From: a virus
Length of the DNA: 64,000 nt
Direction: 5' to 3' (one strand)
Virus record (IMG/VR): IMGVR_UViG_3300045988_101878
Coordinates: 1-64,000 of that record
Both the position numbers and the translations under genes were made by a program. Positions 48,842 through 59,198 of the stretch are shown here, piece by piece. Below the pieces are notes generated by a model. That model ran no database searches and was not told where the DNA came from. It saw only the letters and a list, made by a program, of their open reading frames with translations. Each line of letters begins with the position of its first letter. Within the stretch, counting starts at the first letter, position 1.

Positions 48842-48882
48842 CCGTGTTTCGTCCCTTGTATATGCGGACGGACGAAACACGG
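48842..48882. promoter_or_regulatory. 13-bp perfect inverted repeat (operator- or hairpin-like) in the divergent late control region
   Basis: CCGTGTTTCGTCC (48842-48854), 15-nt spacer, GGACGAAACACGG (48870-48882). Confidence 0.5.
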
Positions 48883-48904
48883 CATTTTGCGACTGCATTT
48901 AGCG

Positions 48905-48912
48905 TATTTTTG
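48905..48912 (+). promoter_or_regulatory. Bacteroidota-type -7 box candidate (TATTTTTG) upstream of the portal gene
   Basis: Matches TAnnTTTG, 31 nt upstream of ATG 48943. TTTG at 48886-48889 gives a 15-nt spacer, shorter than canonical. Confidence 0.35.
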
Positions 48913-48942
48913 CGCTGATAGACAAAGACATTAGATAAAAAT

Positions 48943-50934
48943 ATGCTGAAAAAGATACCCACCTTATCACGTGTAATGCCGAGTTCGGGCAAGACATTCG
49001 ACTCAGTAAAGAGACGAATGGAGAGACAGAACGGCAGGAAGACGGACTATGAGCTGTTGCAGCGGTGTTGGCAAGCATGGAACAACCTGGAGGCTGTGCG
49101 CGTGACGCGAGACAGAGCAAAGAGATACTGCTACGGAGACCAATGGGGCGACACGGTGAGAGTGTACAAGAACGGATACTACTACGACATGACGGAAAGA
49201 GAATACCTGAAAAGGAAAGGCTCTGTGCCGTTATCTAACAATGTAATGGTGTCGATATTGAACACACTTGTGGGAATGTATGCAAAGCAGGGCACGGAGC
49301 CAGTGTGCTTTGCAAGAACACGGTCGTCGCAAAGCCTGTCGGACATGATGTCGGCCACGATGCAATGCAACTGGCAGAACACACAGATGGAAGACCTGCT
49401 GAAACATGCGCTTGAGGACTATCTGATAGGTGGCGTAATGGTGTGCAGAGAGACATACGAAGACAGGACACAGGAGATAGAAGACTCCTGGACAGACTAC
49501 ATAGAGCCAAACTATGTGTTTTGGGAAGGAGGCTCAGACCCGAGACACCTTGACCTGTCGCTGATAGGTGTGCTGCATGACGAGTCGGTGAACGACCTGT
49601 ACAAGAAATTCGCAAGAGAAGAGTACGGGCTAAGCATAGACGACTTGAACAGAATATTCGACATAGACCCGGACAACAGTCAGACGGAAGGGACTATGCA
49701 CAATGACACAAACGACTTGTCGAACATATCATTCGACATACCGTCGAAACGCGGACATTACGTGAGAGTGATAGAAGCGTGGACAACGGAAACGAAATAC
49801 AGATACCAATGCTATGACCCAATAGCGACAAACGAAAGCGACGCATACTTCCGCATAGAATGTGACGACAAAGTGTTGATATCAGAGTTGAACGCAAAGA
49901 ATGTGGAGAGAAAGAAGCAGTATGACTTGATGGGTGTGCCACCAGAAGACAGAGCCTATATCACGGCAAAGAAAGTGGCAGACAAGTATTGGTACTACAC
50001 TTTTATGGCTCCAGACGGAACCGTGCTATGCAGAGGAGAGACACCATACGACTTCAAGTCGCACCCATTCACGGTGAAGTTCTATCCGTATGTGAATGGA
50101 GAGATACACCCATTCATGGGTAATGTTATTGACCAACAGAGGTATATCAACCGTCTGATCATCATGAATGATATGGCGATACGCTCGTCGGCAAAGGGAC
50201 TGATGCTTGTGCCGACACAGGTATTGGACGGAATGACACCAGACGAGTTTGCGGAACAGGCAACGGAGTATGACGGAATAATGTTCTATACACCAAAGGC
50301 AACGCTGCCAAACTCAAGACCAGACGTGATAACATCGAACGCCGTAAATCTTGGAACTAACGAGCTGTTGCAGATAGAGCTGAACTTGATGCGCGAGGTG
50401 TCGAATGTGTCGGGAGCGTTGCAGGGCAAAACTCCAACAGCAGGAACATCGGCATCGAGATATGCGCAGGAGTCGCAGAATGCCTCAACCTCGCTGTACT
50501 CGATATTGAAGGACATGGAATCGTTCACGGAATGCGTGGCGCAGAAGAAGTGCATGATGATAAAACAGTACTACGACAATGGACGACCTATCTTCAATAG
50601 AGACAATACATACCCGATGGAGTATGACAGGTTGGCGGCAAGAGACATAATGTTCAAGATTTCGATAAAGAACGCTGCTGCAACAGCAAGCTATCAGAAC
50701 AACATCAACGATAAGCTTGACAGACTGTTAGAGATGGGAGCGATAAACATTGTGCAGTATCTGCAGAACTTGAACGAGCCGTTTGCGGACAAACTGTTGC
50801 AGGACGTGCAGAGCCAAGTGGAAGACCTAAGAGCGCAGCAGGCGGAAATGGGACAGCAAGCACCACAGAACGGAGTTGTGCCGGGGGCGGACCAAGAGGC
50901 GGTAGAGAGAGCGCAGGGATATTTGATGCAATAA
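48943..50934 (+). CDS. portal protein (663 aa)
   Basis: Size and position. N-terminal block RDRAKRYCYGDQWGD...TEREYLKRKGSVPLSNNVM resembles conserved portal N-terminal motifs. Gln-rich C-terminal tail. Confidence 0.75.
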   Translation: MLKKIPTLSRVMPSSGKTFDSVKRRMERQNGRKTDYELLQRCWQAWNNLEAVRVTRDRAKRYCYGDQWGDTVRVYKNGYYYDMTEREYLKRKGSVPLSNNVMVSILNTLVGMYAKQGTEPVCFARTRSSQSLSDMMSATMQCNWQNTQMEDLLKHALEDYLIGGVMVCRETYEDRTQEIEDSWTDYIEPNYVFWEGGSDPRHLDLSLIGVLHDESVNDLYKKFAREEYGLSIDDLNRIFDIDPDNSQTEGTMHNDTNDLSNISFDIPSKRGHYVRVIEAWTTETKYRYQCYDPIATNESDAYFRIECDDKVLISELNAKNVERKKQYDLMGVPPEDRAYITAKKVADKYWYYTFMAPDGTVLCRGETPYDFKSHPFTVKFYPYVNGEIHPFMGNVIDQQRYINRLIIMNDMAIRSSAKGLMLVPTQVLDGMTPDEFAEQATEYDGIMFYTPKATLPNSRPDVITSNAVNLGTNELLQIELNLMREVSNVSGALQGKTPTAGTSASRYAQESQNASTSLYSILKDMESFTECVAQKKCMMIKQYYDNGRPIFNRDNTYPMEYDRLAARDIMFKISIKNAAATASYQNNINDKLDRLLEMGAINIVQYLQNLNEPFADKLLQDVQSQVEDLRAQQAEMGQQAPQNGVVPGADQEAVERAQGYLMQ

Positions 50935-50951
50935 TATAAATATGTAGAGCC

Positions 50952-51467
50952 ATGCAAATAGCCATATATCTTGAAGATGTGAAGGAGGCCGTGAAACGGC
51001 AGCTGTCCATCATAGGAAAGCATCATAACACGCAGAAAGGAGACACGCTGTTTTCGGTGACAACACTAAGCGGTGTGGAAGAAGCGGTTATGCAGCAGTG
51101 TATAATCGACGGAGCGCAGCTTGTGGTATCGAACCTTGCGCCTGTTTTGTCGGGGTATAGTGTAGGAGACCTGCCCGAAAAAGGGAAGCAAAAGGAAGGA
51201 GAAACCGTGCCATACATAAGCTTCGAGGTAAACACGACACGAAACAACAATGCACTATCGGGAGCGGCGCAGGACAGCGTAAAGTCGCTGCTCATTGCGT
51301 ATGTGACACAATCGGTGTTGGCAATGGTACTGCCAGAGCTTGCAGGAAAATATGCAACGGACGTGCAGACACAACTGTTTGCAGCAATGAGACTGATAAT
51401 GACAAAGACACCACCAAGCAGTTCGGAGAAGACGCTTGCGGACTGTGAAGGGTCGGTTACGCTTTAG
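50952..51467 (+). CDS. virion-module protein (171 aa)
   Basis: ORF between portal and terminase genes. Confidence 0.5.
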   Translation: MQIAIYLEDVKEAVKRQLSIIGKHHNTQKGDTLFSVTTLSGVEEAVMQQCIIDGAQLVVSNLAPVLSGYSVGDLPEKGKQKEGETVPYISFEVNTTRNNNALSGAAQDSVKSLLIAYVTQSVLAMVLPELAGKYATDVQTQLFAAMRLIMTKTPPSSSEKTLADCEGSVTL

Positions 51468-51494
51468 ATATTAACAAAACAAAAACAATGTATC

Positions 51495-52286
51495 ATGACT
51501 ATCAAATTTCAGATTATAAAGTCCGTCATTATCGAAGCTGTAAAGGCGGCAACCTATCTTAAAGGCAAGATAGACGAGGCAGCAGCCCAGCCGGGACAAA
51601 GAACACCATACTTCGAGATAGCAGGAGACGACGAGGTGCATGAGCGCACGTTGGACAGAGACCTGACAACAGCACTCGAAAAGGCAAAGATAATCTTTGT
51701 GGACTACTTTGTGCCCACGGCTCAGACTATAGGTGACAATGCCATATACTACAATGGCAAGACGAACGATATAGTGGAGTTTACGCTAAACGTGTCGCGA
51801 AGATACAACGGTTCGCTGACAGACACGTTGGCAAGACTCGTGGCAAAGTTTGTGGAGGACTCGATGTGCTATGAATGGTGGTTGAAGATAGGCAACCTAA
51901 ACCAGGCAGCACCGTATCAGTCGGCAGTGGCAGCAGACGAGCTTGCGATAAGACGCTGCTTCGTGCTGTCGGGTCCGTTAGTGCCGACAATCAATTTCCC
52001 CACAACACTCACGGCAAAGGTGGACGGAACAGACGCGGAGGGCGAGATAACAATGCGTGTGGATGAAGACGCAACTGTGTCGTATAGCATTGATGCAGGG
52101 GCGGTGGATGATATTGAGGCGCGTTCGGGAGACCCAAGTGTTGTGGAGATAGTGAGAAACGAAGCACCAAAGACATTTATGCTTGTGCCACGGAACACGG
52201 GAGTGGCTGAGATAAGAATGTTCTCAAGACATACGGACAATGTGTATGTGGACTTCACTGTGATTGTAGCAAAGGAGTACTATTAA
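51495..52286 (+). CDS. virion-module protein with a C-terminal Ig-like (Big_2-type) domain (263 aa)
   Basis: C-terminus TLTAKVDGTDAEGEITMRVDEDATVSYSIDAGAV...VAEIRMFSRHTDNVYVDFTVIV is Ig-like. Confidence 0.5.
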   Translation: MTIKFQIIKSVIIEAVKAATYLKGKIDEAAAQPGQRTPYFEIAGDDEVHERTLDRDLTTALEKAKIIFVDYFVPTAQTIGDNAIYYNGKTNDIVEFTLNVSRRYNGSLTDTLARLVAKFVEDSMCYEWWLKIGNLNQAAPYQSAVAADELAIRRCFVLSGPLVPTINFPTTLTAKVDGTDAEGEITMRVDEDATVSYSIDAGAVDDIEARSGDPSVVEIVRNEAPKTFMLVPRNTGVAEIRMFSRHTDNVYVDFTVIVAKEYY

Positions 52287-52298
52287 AATAATGTGGGT

Positions 52299-52904
52299 AT
52301 GGCAAAGGAATTTTCAGAATTGCATCCGTTTATGGCTTCGAGGGAAAGAGGATGGACACCTACGGCAAATCCGCTTGAACCACAACCGCCACGGAGAGCA
52401 TACGGACATAGCATAAAACACATCTATATACAGGCAGACCAACTGTTTTATGATGTGGATGCTGTGACTTCACTGATAGACAAAGCTACACGGAAGACGC
52501 AGGGCGAAACCGAGGTGGCTACATCGGAAGCGGACTCGCACAGACCAATGTTCTACAGATGGTTTGACCAATATATAGCGTCGGTGGAAAGAATACTGTC
52601 GGCTTATGTGGCTAAGCCAGAAGGAGTGGCGAGGATGAACGGACTGAAAGAATGGTCGGAGAAAGAGATAATGTTAGTGATGCCGGACTATTGGGACGCG
52701 ACGGTGTACGATGCGTTGGTGCAAGCCATTCATAGGTATGTGGTGGATGGAGCGTTGTATGAATACTTCTCTATCACGCTATCGTCGAAAGACCCAAGAA
52801 CGATGGATAGGAAGCAGAACACATTGGATGGAGAGACGGAGATAAGAGGGCTGAGCTGTAGGGTTGTGCCGGGAACGTTGAGGAAACATTTGAATCCATT
52901 TTGA
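52299..52904 (+). CDS. virion-module protein (201 aa)
   Basis: Start set at ATG 52299 (the track used GTG 52293). Confidence 0.5.
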   Translation: MAKEFSELHPFMASRERGWTPTANPLEPQPPRRAYGHSIKHIYIQADQLFYDVDAVTSLIDKATRKTQGETEVATSEADSHRPMFYRWFDQYIASVERILSAYVAKPEGVARMNGLKEWSEKEIMLVMPDYWDATVYDALVQAIHRYVVDGALYEYFSITLSSKDPRTMDRKQNTLDGETEIRGLSCRVVPGTLRKHLNPF

Positions 52905-52970
52905 TGGGCGGTGTTGTAGCACCAAGGAACAGGAAGTGCGGAGGCATGGACAAGAAAGGAAAGGAAGATT

Positions 52971-53342
52971 ATGGTAAAGACATTGGACGACATACCTCTT
53001 ATGTCGGAGAATAGGAAAAAGCTGTTGCCGAAAGGAAAGAAGGCACAGAAGGAATTTATCAGAGATTTGCTTTCGAGGAATCAAGATAAATTCGAAGAAC
53101 TGTTTGAGGAGCTTGCGGAGCATGACCCGAAAGCGTGGCTGCTGCTGTATCATGACATGCAGAAACATGTTGTGCCGAAGCAGTCGCAGGTGAATGTGTC
53201 GGTCGGTATAAACAAGGACTTCCAGGAATTGGTGGCGTTATCGACAACAAAGACAGATGATCCGTTGGCTATAGGGGCAGAGCCTGTGCCGAAAATAGAG
53301 GATGCGGACTATGAGGAGTTGAAAGAATACGAAGGATTATAA
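52971..53342 (+). CDS. possible small terminase subunit (123 aa)
   Basis: Small basic/acidic helical protein immediately upstream of the large terminase. Called from position only. Confidence 0.35.
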   Translation: MVKTLDDIPLMSENRKKLLPKGKKAQKEFIRDLLSRNQDKFEELFEELAEHDPKAWLLLYHDMQKHVVPKQSQVNVSVGINKDFQELVALSTTKTDDPLAIGAEPVPKIEDADYEELKEYEGL

Positions 53343-53345
53343 AAT

Positions 53346-55484
53346 ATGACGACGATAACCGACCTTGACATAGATAAATTGCTTGCCGAAAACAAGAAAC
53401 GACATGATGAGATTTTCGGTGAGTATGACCCGTGGACGGGCGTGGGCTGTTATGACTTTAAGAACAGAGTGTGTCTTGAGATTCCAGACTTTATCATTCC
53501 GAAGATGTATGTGCCGAAAGAGTGCATGAGAACCCTGCTGTATAAGAACTTGGAGCATTTCGGTTCGATAAAAGAAGTTCTGATACAAGTGCTTCACAAG
53601 GAGTATGACGAGGAATCGGAAGAAACACAGAAGCTAAGACAGCTGCTGACCTTTGAGATATTCAAGGTGAGATTCAGAGAAGACCCAGAGTTTGCCTTAT
53701 TCGTGACGGATAAGATTGAGGACAAGAGAACGGGAGACATGATACCGTTCAGACTGAAATATCCGCAGAGAAGACTTATCAATCTGTTTGAGGAGCTGAG
53801 ACACAAGAAGAAGGCAATACGTGTGGTAATCCTGAAGGCACGACAATGGGGTGGCTCAACATTGACGCAGCTGTATATTAAGTGGATTCAAGACTTTCGG
53901 CGTGACGGTTGGAACGCCATTGTACTGTCGCAGGTGAAAGGAACGTCGAAGAAGATTAAGGCGATGTACCGAAAGGCGGTGGAGAGACAGCCGGGATGGA
54001 CGATTGGACACCCAGGAACACAGTTGATGCTATCGCCATACGAGAACTCACCCGACGACTTTATTGTGACGGATGGTAACAAGGCGTTGAGACGTTCGAC
54101 GCTGACCATAGCCTCGTTTGATAACTTTGATGCTGTGCGTGGTAACAACTTCCACTGTGCCCATTATTCCGAGGTGGCATATTGGAAGAAGACACCAGAG
54201 CATGACCCAGAAGGCGTAATATCTTCCGTTTCGGGCGGTATACATAATATAGAAGACAACGTAGAGGTGTTTGAGTCAACAGGCCGTGGAGCTTCGGGCT
54301 TCTTCTATGACCGTTGCCAGTTGGCAATGGACCCATCGAACAATGACGCATACGCATTCATCTTCATACCCTGCTTCATCATCGAGGACGACATGGAGCC
54401 AGTGGAGGACGAGAAAGAGTTCGCGATGTGGCTTTTGAAGAACAAAGACCGCTCAACTTGTCCCAAGGGATATAGAGAGACAGGCAAGTTCTTTTGGCGA
54501 ATGTGGGAGAAAGGAGCTTGTTTCCAGGCAATCAACTGGTACAGGAACTTCCGAAACAAATTCAAGACACACGCATTCTGTGCTACTGAGGCACCTATCG
54601 ACGAGGAAGAGGCATTCAGAAACTCGGGCAACCTTGTGTTTAACCCCTACTCCATCGACGACTTGAGACAGGGAGAGGTGAAGAAACCAAAATTCCTTGC
54701 GGACATTGTTACTACTGGCGAGAAATCGACGGAGGCGATAAAGAAAGCGAAGATTGCGATAAGGGAAGACGGAGAAGGCGAGTTGAAGATATGGAGTTTG
54801 CCGAACAACAAGATACTGCGCGTAGCTGACAGATATGTGGTGAGCGTGGATATTGGCGGCAAGTCTTCAACTTCGGACTATACCGTAATGACCGTGCTTG
54901 ACAGAATGGGCATGATGCCGTCGATGAAGGACAAGCCGCGTGTGGTGGCAAGATACAGAGGACATTGCAGACATGACGTACTTGCGTGGAAGGCTGCTGC
55001 TCTTGCACATTACTATGATGATGCGCTGCTTGTAATAGAGTCGAACACGGCAGACCGAGAGAAGAACAACAATACGGAGGGCGACCACTTCGGTTCAATC
55101 ATCAACGAGATAGCGGACTATTATCCTAATCTGTATCAGAGACGTTCGTCGCCGGAGGACACGGCTGGCAATGTACTTGCCAAGTATGGATTCCAGACGA
55201 ACAAGATAACAAAGGGATGGCTGATAGACAACCTTGAGGCGTTTGTGGATGATAAGCTTTGGCATGAGCCGGACACGGAAATGTATCATGAGCTACGTAT
55301 CTATGAGAGAAAAGAAGACGGTTCGCTTGGAAACATCGAGGGTTCGGGTAATCATGACGACGTGCTGATGTCAACGGCGATTGCGCTGTACGTGTCGACG
55401 CATGAAATGGAAATGCCGAAGTGGAGAACGACGGAGGGACTAAGAGGACATTCGGACGGAGTGAAGACGGAGGCAGCGATATAG
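53346..55484 (+). CDS. terL: terminase large subunit (712 aa)
   Basis: ATPase P-loop-like VVILKARQWGGSTLTQ. Nuclease-type acidic motifs VVSVDIGGKSSTSDYTVMTVLD and GSGNHDDVLMSTAIAL. Confidence 0.85.
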   Translation: MTTITDLDIDKLLAENKKRHDEIFGEYDPWTGVGCYDFKNRVCLEIPDFIIPKMYVPKECMRTLLYKNLEHFGSIKEVLIQVLHKEYDEESEETQKLRQLLTFEIFKVRFREDPEFALFVTDKIEDKRTGDMIPFRLKYPQRRLINLFEELRHKKKAIRVVILKARQWGGSTLTQLYIKWIQDFRRDGWNAIVLSQVKGTSKKIKAMYRKAVERQPGWTIGHPGTQLMLSPYENSPDDFIVTDGNKALRRSTLTIASFDNFDAVRGNNFHCAHYSEVAYWKKTPEHDPEGVISSVSGGIHNIEDNVEVFESTGRGASGFFYDRCQLAMDPSNNDAYAFIFIPCFIIEDDMEPVEDEKEFAMWLLKNKDRSTCPKGYRETGKFFWRMWEKGACFQAINWYRNFRNKFKTHAFCATEAPIDEEEAFRNSGNLVFNPYSIDDLRQGEVKKPKFLADIVTTGEKSTEAIKKAKIAIREDGEGELKIWSLPNNKILRVADRYVVSVDIGGKSSTSDYTVMTVLDRMGMMPSMKDKPRVVARYRGHCRHDVLAWKAAALAHYYDDALLVIESNTADREKNNNTEGDHFGSIINEIADYYPNLYQRRSSPEDTAGNVLAKYGFQTNKITKGWLIDNLEAFVDDKLWHEPDTEMYHELRIYERKEDGSLGNIEGSGNHDDVLMSTAIALYVSTHEMEMPKWRTTEGLRGHSDGVKTEAAI

Positions 55485-55548
55485 GAGTACTGGAAGGACT
55501 AAGAAGTTCTATAAGATGGTGGAGACAGATAATTGAAAATTTATAGAT

Positions 55549-58230
55549 ATGCAGAAATCACTATCATATTCAAAGGGAATAACAACATCACCGTCGGGGA
55601 TGCTGGCAGACGACACTGAGCTGGTAGAATCGGTGGGGATGGTGTATAAGGCAGGGGAAATGCACCCGATACAGAAGGCTAAGAAGATAGCGGAGTTGAC
55701 AGAACCGTTAATCTTTGTGCATAAAGGACCTAATTATGATATGCTTATCACCTATAATGACGGTAGCGAGCATGAAGGCAAGTCGTGGATACATTGGTAC
55801 AAGCGAAATGACGCGGGCGAAATCACGGGGGATGGCGTTGTGAGCATTGGTCCGAATGTGCTGTCTGTAAATTCGGTGGGCAATACGCTTGTATTGGCAA
55901 CGGACAAGGGACTGTATTATCTGCTGCTAAAAGGGGATGAATATGTGTTGCTTGGGTCTGAGTTGCCACGTCCGGTAGTGAAATTCAAAACGGTACATGA
56001 GGGGAATACGTTCAGTCTGCTTACGAAAAAGCCGCAGGCTTGCTATCTGTTGGGGTTTGTAGACGTGGAAAATGTAAATGCAGGATATGACAAGGATGGA
56101 AACTTTGTAGAAGAGCCTGTAGCGTCTACTGTCTTCCCATACAGTACAGACATGGTAGAATTTAAGGTTAAAGACGATAAGGTTGATGACTTCCAGACCG
56201 CTGTTTCGGGTCATGTGGCATTGATACAGAACCTTGTAAAGGAGAAGAATCGTTTCCTTTATCCATTCTTTGTGCGTTATGCCTTGCGACTGTTTGATGG
56301 AAGTTACGCACGTATATCTGCACCAATAGCCGTATATCCTTCTGTGACGCGCAACGGTTATCTTACTTCCGTGGTGTGGTATAAAGGCGGATTTCAATAC
56401 GACCGTGGCGCGAACAAGAGATTCTTGTATCTTGCTGATATGTTCAGTTTATATTATAAGGTGGTTATTCCAGGCATTGAGGATTGGAAGGATATTGTAA
56501 AAGAAGTAGTTGTCTTTGCAACGGATGATGTAATGCCATTCCAGATAGACAAGGACTATCAGTTTGTGGAGCCAGCCAACTCTAACGGTTTTCAATATCT
56601 TAACTATGTAGGTTCGCGTTACCCAAACTTGAGTACGGGCAGAGCAGACATTACTACCACTATCAATTTTAATTATCACAGTCTTTATGCACGTTATATC
56701 ATATTGCCTAAGGAGTTTAAAACGGAGCAGGAAATAATAGACGAGTTGCTTTCGCGCACACAATTCTACAAGCTATTTACAGTTGATGTGAATGGTATCA
56801 AGCAAGACAAACTTCTTGAGGCTCCCATAAAGAACCATGTTGTAACAAACCTCACTCAGCAGATGCAGCTGCCAAATGATGATTATTACGGATGGACATC
56901 AATGATAGCAGGAGAGGTGTATTCGTACAACAAGAGAATCAATGCGTTTAAAGTGAAGCGTGTGCCATTCAAGGGTTTTACCGGGTTTACCACCTATTCA
57001 TCGAAGGTGTTGACTTATGGCAGATACAAATTCTATGTACATGTGGTGTCGGACACGATGGATGCTTGGGTGGAATCGGACAGTACAATTGAGATTGTAG
57101 ACGTGCTTGACTCATGGTTTTATTATCCAGACCCTAATGCTACAGAAGCCATCATTTGGGATCGCGACAACAACAAGGGACAGCTTTTGACGCTAAAACG
57201 ACATGACATGCTGAACGGAGCATATTCCTTCTATAGGCTTCCGCTATATGACAACTTTATTGCAGATGATACGGTAACTTTGCCAAAAGTTGACGCAAAT
57301 GCCTATGAAGACTTGTCGTCGCAGATATTCACATCAGTAGTGAACAACCCATTCGTATTTGAAGCCTCAGGAGACAACACTGTAGGGACGGGGTCAATAC
57401 AAGGAATAGCGGCGAACACGGAGCCAATATCGCAGGGACAGTTCGGACAATACCCGTTAATCGTATTCACGACGGAGGGAATATACGGAATGTCGGTGAA
57501 TGCAGAGGGTCTGTATGCTTCGTCATATCCCATATCGAGAGAGGTGTGCAACAATGCGGCATCGATTACGCCAACGGGAAAATTGGTGTTCTTCACATCT
57601 GCGAAGGGACTGATGGCTGTGTCGGGCGGTACGGTAGCGTGCATGTCGGAACGGCTGAGAGGACGCAATCCTTCAAGGTTTGTGACATTAGGCGACGGAA
57701 ACTTTCTTGGATTCTTAGACAATGCGCTACTTGCATACGACTACAGAGATTCGCTGCTACATATACTCAACACGAAAGAGAGTTATGAATATGTGTACTC
57801 GATTGCGGACAGGACATTCGCGAAGAAAAAAATGGGAGGCAACGTGATAGCAGTAGCGAATGCCTATCCAGATAACCTTGTGCAGCTTGCGGACGGATCG
57901 GTGCTCTCGCTTGCGTCGAAGCCAGACATTAATATGGATGAAGAGCGTTATGAAGGAACGTTCACGACAAGACCGCTGAAGCTTGGCTCTTCATTGCAGC
58001 TGAAGACGATACATAGAATACTGCATCTGTTTGACTCGGAAGATGGGACGATTGCGCTGAGGCTGTACGGCTCGAACGATTGCAGGAACTGGTGTGAGCT
58101 GAAATCGCTGCATGGCAAGCCGTGGAAATACTACACGCTGAGCTATGAGCTTGGCAATATGCTTGCGACGGATGCGTTTGCAGGAACAGTTGTGGACTTT
58201 CAGGCACTATTCCCGGACAAGATAAGATAA
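55549..58230 (+). CDS. large virion-associated protein of unknown function (893 aa)
   Basis: Long beta-rich ORF after terL. No recognisable motif. Confidence 0.55.
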   Translation: MQKSLSYSKGITTSPSGMLADDTELVESVGMVYKAGEMHPIQKAKKIAELTEPLIFVHKGPNYDMLITYNDGSEHEGKSWIHWYKRNDAGEITGDGVVSIGPNVLSVNSVGNTLVLATDKGLYYLLLKGDEYVLLGSELPRPVVKFKTVHEGNTFSLLTKKPQACYLLGFVDVENVNAGYDKDGNFVEEPVASTVFPYSTDMVEFKVKDDKVDDFQTAVSGHVALIQNLVKEKNRFLYPFFVRYALRLFDGSYARISAPIAVYPSVTRNGYLTSVVWYKGGFQYDRGANKRFLYLADMFSLYYKVVIPGIEDWKDIVKEVVVFATDDVMPFQIDKDYQFVEPANSNGFQYLNYVGSRYPNLSTGRADITTTINFNYHSLYARYIILPKEFKTEQEIIDELLSRTQFYKLFTVDVNGIKQDKLLEAPIKNHVVTNLTQQMQLPNDDYYGWTSMIAGEVYSYNKRINAFKVKRVPFKGFTGFTTYSSKVLTYGRYKFYVHVVSDTMDAWVESDSTIEIVDVLDSWFYYPDPNATEAIIWDRDNNKGQLLTLKRHDMLNGAYSFYRLPLYDNFIADDTVTLPKVDANAYEDLSSQIFTSVVNNPFVFEASGDNTVGTGSIQGIAANTEPISQGQFGQYPLIVFTTEGIYGMSVNAEGLYASSYPISREVCNNAASITPTGKLVFFTSAKGLMAVSGGTVACMSERLRGRNPSRFVTLGDGNFLGFLDNALLAYDYRDSLLHILNTKESYEYVYSIADRTFAKKKMGGNVIAVANAYPDNLVQLADGSVLSLASKPDINMDEERYEGTFTTRPLKLGSSLQLKTIHRILHLFDSEDGTIALRLYGSNDCRNWCELKSLHGKPWKYYTLSYELGNMLATDAFAGTVVDFQALFPDKIR

Positions 58231-58306
58231 AAAAACAGCGACTCATCACGAGCCACTGTTCATGGAAACTTCAAAAAGCATGAGTGCTAATTCCTTTAAT
58301 TAAAAC

Positions 58307-58801
58307 CTATAACTCTTCTTTGCAATATGACAAATATCTAAACCAAATATAACCTAAGAAATAACAATACAAGTGAAGCAATCCGTTGATATTGGGTATC
58401 AACATCATTATAAGAATCACGGGCAATCCTGCCTTGATGAATCCCTTGAAGTCGCCTCGCTCGCCCCACATGATGCCGAACATCGCAAAAAGCAATCCCG
58501 ACATTCCGACAGTAGGTTTGTCGGTAAACATTGGCAAAAAGCTCGCTGCAACGGCTACCAGATAACCGGATACAACATTCATCCGCTGTTTGATGCTCCA
58601 TAAGACAAACAAGTTGGCAAGCATGTGCCATAGGTTGGCGTGCTGGAAACTGTAGGTGAGGTGGGGAATCAAGTTGTCGTCAGCTCGAAACCCCATACCT
58701 CTATGAAGAAGCGAAATGAAAATACTAAGCGTTGTCAGCAGCAGCTTTGTTTTTGTGCCCACTACCATACACTTCACGATGTCGGAAATCCGTGCTACCA
58801 T
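58307..58801 (-). CDS. rhomboid-family intramembrane serine protease (164 aa)
   Basis: HANLWHMLANL (HxxxN), VGMSGLLFAMFG (GxSG) and NINGLLHLYCYFLGY (catalytic His), spread across about six hydrophobic helices. Confidence 0.75.
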   Translation of the reverse strand: MVARISDIVKCMVVGTKTKLLLTTLSIFISLLHRGMGFRADDNLIPHLTYSFQHANLWHMLANLFVLWSIKQRMNVVSGYLVAVAASFLPMFTDKPTVGMSGLLFAMFGIMWGERGDFKGFIKAGLPVILIMMLIPNINGLLHLYCYFLGYIWFRYLSYCKEEL

Positions 58802-59198
58802 AAGCTCTATACTTCACATGTATATCTTTAACTGTGCGTGGCGACATGAAAAACTCGGGAGCAGGAAGAGAAACAAGTATTGGACATAGAAACCAAAGAG
58901 ACTTGTTGACGTATTCCCTGCGCTGGGTGAGTTCCTTGAGGCGTTCGAAAAGCGAGTAATACATTCGTCGTTTGGAATCGCCTAAAGCGTCAACAACGGA
59001 ATTGTCGCCTACTGCCATGCGTCGCAATTTCTCATAAGCCTCTTTCGCCGTGACGTAATACCGAGGAGCGGGGTGCTTGGCTGTCTTGACGTATGCATCC
59101 TGCTGACTCCAAGGTCTGTAGTGGGCACATACATCACAGTAGGCTGCCAGAAGAGCATCGCGCTGCATACGGGTAATATCGTAGTTCTGTTTTGTCAT
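58725..59198 (-). CDS. hypothetical protein (157 aa) overlapping the rhomboid gene start
   Basis: Start set at ATG 59198 (MTKQNYDITRMQRD...). The 3' end overlaps 58307-58801 by 77 nt in another frame. Confidence 0.5.
   Translation of the reverse strand: MTKQNYDITRMQRDALLAAYCDVCAHYRPWSQQDAYVKTAKHPAPRYYVTAKEAYEKLRRMAVGDNSVVDALGDSKRRMYYSLFERLKELTQRREYVNKSLWFLCPILVSLPAPEFFMSPRTVKDIHVKYRAYGSTDFRHREVYGSGHKNKAAADNA

Noticed and set aside
58231-58306. Terminator between the convergent 893-aa gene and the rhomboid gene (AAAAAACAGCGACTCatcacGAGCCACTGTT).
   Set aside because: The stem has two mismatches in nine positions and no clear T-tract on either side, so it is not reported as a feature.
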